Below are positions 12,997-23,850 of a stretch of 64,000 bases of DNA, one piece after another; position 1 is the first letter of the stretch; the number at the start of each line of letters is the position of its first letter. The DNA lies in the NCBI GenBank assembly GCA_038496445.1, contig JALMLS010000598.1:127828-191827 (forward strand), read 5' to 3'. The stretch comes from Trichosphaerium sp. ATCC 40318 (Eukaryota; Protista; Tubulinea). The notes under the pieces are model-generated. The model was not told where the DNA came from, made no database searches, and was given only the letters and a program-made list of their open reading frames with translations. The position numbers and the translations under genes were made by a program.

Positions 12997-13104
12997 GATT
13001 TGGTGATGTTTGCAAGTGGCTAGAAACAAGTACACATTAAGTGACAAGTTCGATGTTCTTACTTAAGTTCGATATTGAAAAAAACGACTTTATGTAACGC
13101 TAAG

Positions 13105-13218
13105 TGCTCACCAAGCAATCCAGGTCTGTAAGTATTTATCTGCCAATTTAGATACGTTAGATATGTTACGAATATCTGTACCAACGCCATACTCAATGAG
13201 CATTGCTTCCACACTGGA
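13105..13218 (-). pseudogene. Degenerate fragment of an endoglycoceramidase exon (nucleophile region)
   Basis: gcaatccaggtctgtaagtatttatctgccaatttagatacgtt..ccatactcaatgagcat..tccacactgga aligns to 2675-2778. Confidence 0.7.
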
Positions 13219-13849
13219 TAGAAGTGGTCGTGTTCTGGTCCCGGCTCATCAATCTGTTAACCAACGGCTGGTAAACAACAACAAACAACAAAATCTGTAA
13301 TCGGCAGTTTAAAAATATGAGATTTTGTTGGTGTTCTACCATGGCACCACATGCTTTATTAAAGTTCTCAATGCTCTCAATGGCTCCTAAATTTGTTTAT
13401 GTTCAATAAAAAGATACAAAACCTAGAATCAAAAAGGTTGGACAATTGGAAGTTCATATTTCGGAAGAAGGTTTCAAAAAGTGGTACTGCAATGGACGTA
13501 AGTGGGTGGAAGCTATTAAAGACGCGCAATAACGTTATGGCACCCACTAGCATCACTTTCAGTTAATTCAATCAATATCGTAACTTGACCACGGCTGCTG
13601 TTTCAATCAACGCTACGATTCACTTGTTCGTAACTACCATACCAGCAAAGGATGACATTTGTGAGGAAGGTCGGGTCTTGTTCCTCGTGAACCACCACCC
13701 AACCGAAAGCGAACAGAACTCTATGTTAGCTTGCATTCGCTGTCCTACACTCAAATTGTTTTAAACAAAGCTGAGAAGACAAGGAGTGATTTTCAAACAC
13801 ATAGAGGAGAAAAGTAGTTTGCAGAAGCTAGCATTTGCCTTATCACCAT

Positions 13850-14084
13850 TAGAGATGTTGCGATTATCTAGATACCTAGATATACTTTGCGAAAAATGGT
13901 GTGCTGTACCATACTGTGAAATATATCTACTGGCAGGACAGCGATACCAACTTTTGAACTAAAACCTAGAATGTACCTTGTTGAAATGTTTATTAAGATA
14001 ATATGTAAGGTCAGAGGACAAGGAAGTGTTGGATGTGGTTCCCAAAAGTAGATATCCAGATAACTAGATAATCACAACTCTCTA
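13850..14084. mobile_element. MITE-like relic with imperfect inverted ends of about 40 bp
   Basis: tagagatgttgcgattatctagatacctagatatacttt at 13850 versus the reverse complement of 14045-14084 (tagagagttgtgattatctagttatctggatatctacttt). No target-site duplication seen. Confidence 0.5.
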
Positions 14085-15098
14085 TTGTTGAGGCTGAATT
14101 GACGCGTGATAGAACTTGACTCCATTGAGTTTACAACCACTGAAGAGTGTGATGTTAAACTTTTATTCTCATTCTTCATACGGCCTTTAATGCTGCAATC
14201 TTCAAGAAAAAGAATACGAAGGTCGGTAATGGCGTGCTATATAACAACAACTTTACTTCTTGTAAGATAAAATTTGTCACGAATTGGGTTTGAGAAACAA
14301 TCACATGTTTGGAAATGCCACTTTCATTTCTGCAGGCAATAATTTATGTATCAGCTAGCGTCTGAAACAGTATGAGTTTTGTAACAATAGGGACAGTGTA
14401 GTAAATAAGTAACATATTTAACTAGCCAATCGGTAACTACAAATAACAGATGCCTACACATCTGTACACTGTTTCTATAAATATTGTTGGATCACATGAG
14501 CGCTCCCTTGGACTTTTTCGCACGTTACGAAAACTCGTACGAAGTTTTGTTGTTTCAGGTCACGTGATATCAATGGGCGTATTATTTCCATACACGTAAC
14601 TAGAGTGTTCAATTTTACAGGTAGGAAGAATTGTACGAATTGTCTGGCGTGTATTGCGTTATGAACCCCATCATACGATGTCCCATTTCTACAATATGGG
14701 CTGATGAACCTCTGTATCAACAAACTAGTCGAATTATCTGTACAAATGTAAAATTCTCTGAGTTCTAAAACAAAACACATTTTGAATGTCCCTTTTGAAC
14801 AAAAGTGAGTCGATGAAGCTCTATATCGATAAACTACTCTAATTCTGTAAAATTCGCGGAGTTTCTTTTCAACCCAAAGACTGACACATTTTATATGTGC
14901 TTCTTTTTGTGTCTTATTTTTTTTTTCTTTTATTCAAACATACCACGCCAATAACAACACTTGCATCACAAAAGGTTCAAAAAGAAGGTAAATAAGCATG
15001 TAATTTTAATTTTAAAATACCTTTAACGTAGAGCTTTTATTCTTCTTTCCCTCACCAAGAATCTCTTCAACAAGTCTAATTTTCTTCCCTAGTTAACA

Positions 15099-18000
15099 AT
15101 GGCAGCAGCGTTATACTGCAGTGTTACGATCGCTTTAGTCTTCTTTGTGTCGAGTTCCCTTTCCGATTCAAGCGCTTCTCCTGATATTATCTTCACTTGT
15201 AACGCTACAGCTACAAACTGGGGATGCCCTCCGACTGATTGGCAGAACGTAACAGTTACCGTAAATGGCGAGGAAGTGCAAGTACCAGACCGCTTAGTCT
15301 GTGAAACGATACCAGAACCACTCATGAGTTGGGCAACAAAGGCGGTCCGGACTGATAACTATAAGGTTTTCGTTGGCCCACAGGATAACCCACAGACCGA
15401 GTATGTGCCTGGGAGTATCCTCGAAGTAACCGTACTTACCACAAAGTACTGGTCAAAGTACAGAGGGTTGATGATGTACGATCACTTTTATCTTTTGTCA
15501 TCTTACGCTTTTGGTTCCCTCTACAAACGTAACCGACTAATAATGTTTTAAGGTACGCTGAAGATTCGAACAACAATCACGTGGGAGAATGGAAGATACC
15601 TGATGATTTCCCACGTGCGTAAACACAAATTTAATTGCTTTTGTAGATAGATCTTTCGCTTTTTTCATCTTTTTGTATTGCAGTGCCTGCAACATGACCT
15701 TACACCTATGTTTAGCCACATTCCAGTTGCCTTGGGCGTCCGATCATCAAACTTGCGCTCATACGTTGATGCACGCGACTGCTCAATTGAAGCCTTTGAG
15801 CTCGACTATTGCGTTTGTAGCTCCACCGAAGGGTACTGGAAAAATCACTTTCCGAGCACTCATAAAGAGCGGTGATGCCAACACAGGTGACTTTTGGTGG
15901 CCTAATATGGATGGTGACTTTACAATGACCGAATCAAGTGAATCACTTCCAACAAACACAGGATGGTTCCAAACAGAGGTACTTTGCTAACAACTATTTA
16001 TTTATTATCTTACTCTTTCAAAGCTTGGCCAATCTTGTACTGAGCGATGTGAGATGGAAAATCTTGAATGCGACTTAGTATCTTTGGAGAGTATAAACAG
16101 TATTGATAAGATTAACTCCGAATTGAAAGTATCTGGCTTTTTATGCAAGAAACCCTTCCTCAGCGGATGTAGCGCTCTTGGTACAACACAAAGTACAGCA
16201 GGATTTTGTTACTATGACGATACAAGATGTGCTACTCAAGGCCGCTCTAATGATAGAGTAAGTTGTGATGCAACGAGTACAAATGAAGAAGATGGGTATG
16301 TTTGCATCTTACTTTCTTCTTTGTTTTCTAACTTCTTCTCTAAGCATGCGCTTTTGTCGATGCTTGGATGCTACCCTAGCACCAGTCTCACTAGATAACA
16401 CTACTGTACCTTCCGACTATGGCGATCCAAACGACACATCTTCATCCTCCCGACCAATCATCTCCGTTTTGTTGCTATGCTTGTGCACATTCGGTATTGC
16501 TTTCTTCACATCCCAAAATGGTCGTACATCAGCTCCATTTATCCTTGGGCTATTACTCATCGCTATAATCCTATTGCCTTCAGCTCACGGACACAACTGG
16601 CTAACAGGTGTTAGCCGATCACCACGTGCAAGCACAGAACAACCATGTCCACCTAAGAGTCAAGACGGACCTCATGTTCAAGTTGGTCCTGGTCAAGAAT
16701 TTGAACTAGAATTTGTTCAAGGTCACGCTGGCTTTTCTTACTTTGCGATTGTTAACAAGAAGAACGAGGATAAATTAAAAGTCCACGGAAACTATCTTTT
16801 TGTGAAATACTTCAACGAAGCGCCTGCATCAGCAATCTCATCAATTCCCGTTTTTCACAGACGTTTTAAAAACCGTGCTGCAACAGCGACAGACGACTTC
16901 TTAGGACCACAGATTCTCGAGACAGATCCTGCCTTTATACCTAGACCAGAAGCTTTTGGAGGATGGATAGCTGCCGCAAAGTTGTTTCCATACTTACCAG
17001 AGTATCGTCAAAACAATTACGCTGAATATGAACATCCAGATATGCCTTGGATTGAAGGTGTTTTCAGATCAAGACATATCGTCAAGAGAACTCAAGATTC
17101 TGATGTTGTTAAGATTAAGATACCTGAGCACCTTGAAAAGGGAAGTTATATTATTCATTGGGTCTGGAATGGATATCGTGACTGTATAGATGTTGAATAT
17201 GTTGATCAACAAGTTGAGCATATTTACGGACTTAAACTAAACGGGACATCATACACGTGCGTTCTTCAAAATATATAAATGTCAATTGTACTTATCAATT
17301 GTGCTTAGGCGTGTGGATCACTGTTTCTTCCCACAGTACAGAAGTGCAGGAAGTACGAACTTAACTTTAAAACCATTTTCTAACAGTTTTTTTTTCAGCA
17401 TGTACAAAAATCTACAATGACTTCTCTTACTGTGCTCGAACATGTGGTACAAACTGTTATGGTATCGCTGTTATGCCTCTATCAGTTGCATCAACATACG
17501 CAGAAGAAGCTTCACTTGTTGATAGTGGTTGTTTTGAGAACTTCGATAACTTTACAGCAATTGAAAACCCTGAGGATATAAACGTTTGTTTCTCTGTACA
17601 AGCAAGAATACCGTCCGAAACCGTTGGAGAAACAGAGATAGTCTTTGAGGGTGATCCTGCCTATAGAGCCACATGCTATGTGAAAGGAACTGGCCGTTTG
17701 TTTCTGGGATATGAACCAGATACAGAAAAAGAAATACCATGGAGACACGGAGATAAATGCATCGATTGCAACACAAGAGAACTCAACAAAGACTTATCAT
17801 TGTTCAACATACCAAACTGGCCGCTCTCTGAAGATTGTATAAACTGTGACCTTGAACCTGTAGTAGTTACCAAGCCAAAGGTACCTAAGTTAATCAACGA
17901 ACAGTCCAGTATGGCTTGCAACGGAGCAAAGAACGTTTGGACTAAAGTGAACGGAGAGAACCATTACAGCTGTAATGGAACAAATAACGAAGTTTCTGCG

Positions 18001-18252
18001 CTATGTCATAAACAACTTAGATTCGATGGTCGACTAGAAAAAACTGATGCTTTCTTCCCTTCAGAGTGTGCTATGGCTGCTAGCTTGGATCCTGAATGTA
18101 CAGACAAGATCACAATGTTCGATCGCACCTTCGTTTACGGTGGTGTAACCGCTGGCCAGTGCTTTTGTCAGACAAAGGTTGAATGCTGTAACGGTTGCTC
18201 ACTGGTTGATAGAGGTGTTAACTATCACTCTTATGATCTTACAATGGTTTGA
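15099..18252 (+). CDS. Secretory polyprotein-like: signal peptide, Reeler domain, Cys-rich domain, TM, internal signal peptide, LPMO-like (His-brace) domain, Cys-rich tail (7 exons)
   Basis: Six GT-AG introns, each restoring frame, join ORFs 15099, 15673, 16054, 16265 and 17473. Reeler motifs YVPG..YRGLMMYA..VGEW..LMH..FVAPPKGTGKITFRA. LPMO-like motifs PSAHG-HNWL, QGHAGFSYF, GSYIIHWVWNGYRDCIDV. Confidence 0.75.
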
Positions 18253-18404
18253 AGTATTACAACAAACTAAAATTACTAATAAAAACATTATCATTACCAC
18301 CCGTCTTTATAAATTCTGTCTTAAAGTATTACAAAATCGTAATATACCGTTCCTTTAGATTTCGTAAATCTAAAGTTTTTGAAGGTAAGCAAAGCGACAA
18401 TGTC

Positions 18405-18650
18405 AAAATTTTGCCATCGATATTTCTCACACTGCAATCGCTGATGAAGACATAAAATATCTACAAGGTGTTCATATCATTGCTCTTGACCACACTCCAG
18501 TTACTGATGAAGGTATTAAAGAGCTAAATGGGTTCATACCATCAATGATCAGTGCTAGTGGTTGATGTGACAGATGTTGGTGTTAGAGCGCTAAAAGGTC
18601 TTGATTCTATTACCTATGATCAAATTCAATCACAGATGAGACTGTAAACG
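18405..18650 (+). pseudogene. Decayed LRR fragment of the F-box/LRR family
   Basis: Translates as AIDISHTAIADEDIKYLQGVHIIALDHTPVTDEGIKELNG, then frameshifts and stops. Confidence 0.7.
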
Positions 18651-19163
18651 GTATTAATAGAATAGAATATCTTAATGTTAAGACAGTATTAAATGGTTTT
18701 GGTAGTAGCGACAAACTACATCTTGAAGAACCTCAATATCTTTTCCCATCACGTGAATATTATCGTGAACAGCAAACCATTCTAATTGTAAGTTACAGCT
18801 AACACATCACGAGCTGAGAACTTAAACAGTAATTGTTATTATAAATTAGAGAAGTAACTTCTGGTTACACGAACAACTTTCAGTTTTGCGTGTCGGCCTG
18901 TTTGAATGGACGCACAAACCGAAACCCTACCAAAGTGGATGTCCATACGCGGTTATATTTTAATACGATACATAACACAACGCTAGTAAATCACATACTC
19001 TTAGAAAACTATACGCCAAGATAATCTAATAGATGATGGTATAGCATCGCCGTAGACATTTCAGGTGCAAAGTGAACTAGCGTTACGGATGCATCATGCA
19101 TTTTGACCCAAAGAAAAAGTGTTCACTATCTTTTTTATTTTTTTCAACAAAAAACTTTCTCAC

Positions 19164-19875
19164 ATGCAGCTCTACCTTATCGTATTACTTGTACTTTGTA
19201 GTCTCTACTGCTCATCTCAAGCATGTAGATGCGTACCACAGAGCGAAGAAGAGATATACTGCAAGAATAATGGTGTACTTCGCGTCAAAGTTTTATACGA
19301 ATGGTTTGTCGATAACGATAGCTATGGCACTAGAACATTCCTTGCGGAGGTTATACAGATCTTCAAACACCCTCGCGAACCCGAATATGTTAACATTGTA
19401 ACTGGGTAAGTTAGCCGTTTTTTGTGTCAAAAAATACTAATCACGTGATACAAAGCGTCGGCGGTCATGATTGTGGTTTTGACTTTAAGATTGGAAAGGT
19501 ACGGAAATAACAGTTCCAGACATTACTCACCTCCTATCTATCTTGTAGGAGTATCTAATCGCTGGATGGGTTGCTAGGATAACACCAAACGAGATATCTG
19601 TATCCAGCTGTGATATGATTGGTTTCTGTAACGCCCCTTATCCAGACTTGGTCGATTGTGAGAACCCAAAACCTCTACCAGACCGTTGTGAACCATGCCC
19701 AGAGATTATACCTCAGTGTGATAAAAGCTGTATCAATTGTGTTATAACACCTCAAACTTGCACAAGTTGCGCTAGAGCCGATTGCTGTGACTATTTAAGA
19801 TGTGTTTTTCACCCTCAGTGCACTGAAGGTTGCACTCAACGAGGTTGCTGTGGCAGTGTATGCGTTCCTAAATAA
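19164..19875 (+). CDS. Secreted TIMP/NTR-like protein with Cys-rich C-terminus
   Basis: Signal MQLYLIVLLVLCSLYCSSQA, then mature C-R-C..YC..VLRVKV, V.QIFK, CGFDFKIGKEYLIAG, C.MIG (TIMP N-domain pattern); two introns. Confidence 0.7.
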
Positions 19876-20176
19876 ATGTTCAGTTGTCCCTAAAACAATG
19901 TTCGTTCTAACACTGACGATACTGTTGAAGTTTAGTACGAGGTGTATTTCTGAAACTATAAAATAAATTATACCAATAGTATAAAAATAGAAATAACACG
20001 TGGATATAGTGCGAAGAAAACAGAAAAGAGCTCTTTGCAATAATGTTGCAGTTTGAGGATCGAAATTTGGGACTTCAGAAAGGTGGTACGTAGCATATCT
20101 ATTGACTTAATACAAAAGGTTTCATTCATTTGCCATTAACTGAATTATAGGCATTGTTGGAATAGCAAAAACACTG

Positions 20177-21622
20177 CTACTTTTTCAGGCTCCATTTTTT
20201 TTTCTTTTTTTTCTTTGGCTTTTGTTCTTCTTGGCACATCTTCTTCCAGTATTCTCTTGTAACACATACCATTACCTCATCAATATTTATTCTATCCTTC
20301 GCTGATGTTTCAAAAAACGGTATACCATACTCATCAGCCAGTGCTATTGTTAAGTTTTGGTAAGTGCGCTTAAGAAACGTTTTATGTACCTTTTCCTTCT
20401 TCATAGCTAACTTCTCTGTTATCTTCTAAATCACACTTGTTTCCTATACATACCGCAGGTATCTGCATGGTATTTTTAGCAATATATGGATGTAATAGTA
20501 AGGTTGTCGTCAGTACCTTGTCAAAATTGTCTGTATCTTTGACTTTCAAGACACACGGGAAATAATCACTTTTGCAGTCATTAAAAGATGTCTTACTCGT
20601 AATAGAATATCCTATAACAAAGCAATCGTGATCTTGAACCCATTGTGCCCTCATAGAGCTATACTAGAGGATTTAAGTACAAGATGAAATCATAAAACAG
20701 GTACACAATATACCTCTTCTTGACCGGCTGTATCCAAAATATCAAACATAACAACAATATCATCAACTCTATACTGCTTTCTTTATAATAAAAAGACATG
20801 TCAACCCGTGTACCAATACACCACTGTACCTGTATGACTACAAACAAAGTTACGTTTAAACACGTGAAAAAAAAAAGTAGCAAATGAATGATCGAACATT
20901 CGCTTTAAAAGTCTAATAACAAACCGTACATCTTCAATTGTTGGATCATAGTCTGTTACCTACATAATATTGACTAAGCTATTTTGTTGAAATAATTATA
21001 AGATGCACGTGCGAATCTATTTGCAACAAATTGTATAACAAACGCAGACTTATTCCCAGTACCTAACAAATGTAAGGAAATAGCTACAGATCATTTTAAA
21101 TTTGTCTTTTGAAAATCACGTGTTTTACAACGAGACTCACAAGTTCGGTAAAATTAGGGTTTTGTCGTTGATGAGATCAAAAAGGCGCTGTGACATATTG
21201 AAGTGGTAGACACGATAGTCTGAAAATAGTGTTTGACCAAAATCATTTGAAGTTGTGTTTTTGGACGAGTATTCTTGGCGTACCTCCACTTCCTAAAAAA
21301 CAAACTTTGATTTCCTGATGATCTCGCTTCACTCTCTTTCTTATCGTCAACTTCTACTCGTGATATCATAATTAGGTCCAATAAGCGCTTGTAACAAGTT
21401 TACGGCCAAAAAGCGTTACAACTTTGTTATTTTATTAAAAACACGAACCTTTTGCGTCGCCACGTATTTTGTAAGCTCGTTGAGGTGTTTACTGACAAGC
21501 ATTGTTGAACTAAGCTGTTTCTTGCCACATTGAATTAAAACATTAGCCAGTACTTCATTAGGCATCTGTAGTAGTAGGGAAGTTGGTTTGCTGCCTTTAC
21601 CAGGCATTTGCTTGTTGCCCAT
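20177..21622 (-). CDS. F-box-like-Ras family GTPase fusion
   Basis: N-terminal MG..LLQMPNEVLANVLIQC..MLVSKHL. Ras motifs IKVCFLGSGGTGNKSA, DYDPTIED, DILDTAGQEEY, GNKCDL, ETSAK. Polybasic tail without CAAX. Confidence 0.8.
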
Positions 21623-21765
21623 AACAATCCAAATGTGCTCCTCGCAGCTGCTACAAACCGTACGAATTTATGTCCAAATTTGTCAATAGTATTCAAATAA
21701 TAAGTATTAATAGTACCACATTCAAACCTTCGTGAACTGCTATTTGTACTGATAATGCCAAGTGT

Positions 21766-22834
21766 TCATTTATTTCCATTTCCTTTGGTAAAAGGAAATG
21801 ATTGTGGGTTTTCTAGCATGTTCAGAAGGATTGCCATGTCGGCTTTGACCTTGGGTTCAACAATAACCTAGTTGCTAGTTGTTCCTACATTATTTATTCG
21901 CTGTCTTATACTTTACAAGTTGTGCTTCCTTGCTCAATATCTTGTTCCATTTCTTTCTGCCTTGCTAACTTTTTGCCCTCATGCAGTAAGTATGCCTTCA
22001 CAATGTTCTTATTATACTAGTCGTTATTAGATAGACAGGTGGTAATATTTATTAATGTGGCAAAAATCAGCCGACTGCTGAACCAAAAAAAGTCAAAAAG
22101 TTGTTTTCAATGTACCATGTTACTCCTGAAGAAGAAATCAAATATATCTCCTAATGCTGGTATACTATACATTGTTAAATTGACAAATATTATAAGTATA
22201 AACAATTAACATACGTTCCAACAAGCCAATCAAGAAAAATATAAGTAATCATTTTTGTACAATTCCAACACCCAACGCCCTTTTCAATAATAAGAACTAT
22301 GCATAAACTTCATACGTACAATCAGCATAGCTTGAACAAATATAAATAAACTTATTGCCATTGTAATAAAATCACCAACTGCTGGTAGTAGTAAACCGAG
22401 AATTGGATCTGTTAACAAACTGTTAGAAAAAAAAAAAAGTAATGTACTTTTACCTAGTCCAACACCACAGCACATACAATCACCGTCTGTAAAATCATCC
22501 TGCAGCTATTAGAATTACGCCATTTTATACAAACATACCAAAAGGTTTGCTATATACTTTATAGACTTGTATCTGAGCTGAGTTGACTTTGGAAACCTAT
22601 TCTTGGATTAGTTTTACTAAAGTCAAAAACTGGCCATAATTACTTACAGGTGCAAATATTCCTTTAACTTCGCTTCCTTCTTCGTTTCATCTGATTGTTT
22701 TTCTGTATTACTTAGATCTTTTAATTCGACCTTGTCTTTTTTTGTTTTCTTCACACTCTTCGGAGTTGTTTTAACAACAATTACATAAACGGAATAGAAC
22801 TTACTTTGTTTTTATGCTTTTTCGTGCTCATCAT
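21766..22834 (-). CDS. DUF4112-like membrane protein (5' end uncertain)
   Basis: LDPILGLLLPAVGDFITMAISLFIF..IPALGDIFDFFFRSN pattern across exons. Confidence 0.65.
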
Positions 22835-23850
22835 ATGGTGTTTATGCAAATCAGTAAGCTAAAATAATACTACAAACACGTTACTTAACTCCTTCTTCAG
22901 TGAAACCGAGTACTAACGTGTGCACTCATACGATCGTTCACGTAACCTGAATTTGTCTTCATAAGTCGCGGTAAAAAGACCAATGAAAACTACAAGCAGA
23001 ATAAAAAAACTACAACAAAAATGCGTAATGCTTAATCGTGGTAATGTTCGGGTGGGGGAAATGTCGAGATTGAGATGATGATATTACGTTGCTAAGCTTC
23101 TACAATTGGGCAGTATTTCAAGCGTTACTTTTCGCGAATCATCGTGGGATGTATATCGCAATAAATCACGTGGCTCGGTAGTACAGTTCGGGTCTTTAGT
23201 ATCAAACAACTGTTGAGAACCACCTTTCATTCTTCTTTTTTTTGTATGAGCTTTAATCACGTTACTATTTTGGCTTTTCACAAACACGTAACAATTCATG
23301 ATTTGACCACCCTTAAAGAGTAACGGTATCAAACAGCAGTACTTCAGAAGTTTTTCAGACGGTATTCAAATGACTGAGGTTTTACTAATTGTCGCCTTGC
23401 AATGGCCAAAAGGCTAAAGTTTGAGACAACAAGAAAATGAGGATTTCTGAAATATGGATGGACACAAATTTCAGGATGTATTGGAGATTTAAGAAAGCAC
23501 AAAACTGTCAAGCTCTGCACTTACTTAAGTGTAAATCTTATGTGAGCATAATAAACAGTTTATCAATGGAGGTACTGCGCTATTGCTTTCTTAGTTAAAT
23601 TGTTATACCACACTGTGCTACCGCAAATTACAAGCGACACTTTATTTTCAATTCTAAATGAAAAGTCGCAAGTTTCTTAATTATTTTTATCAAACAAAAT
23701 CAAATAATATTTAACCTGGAATTGTTGAGTTCACAGGTTCGCTTAGGCTAACCATTTTAAAATGCTGAGGTGAGTTTTCCGGAAGTTGAGTCATAGACTG
23801 GCACACAAGTTCAAAATATATGTGTTTATCTAAGCATCTGTTTTTTCGTA

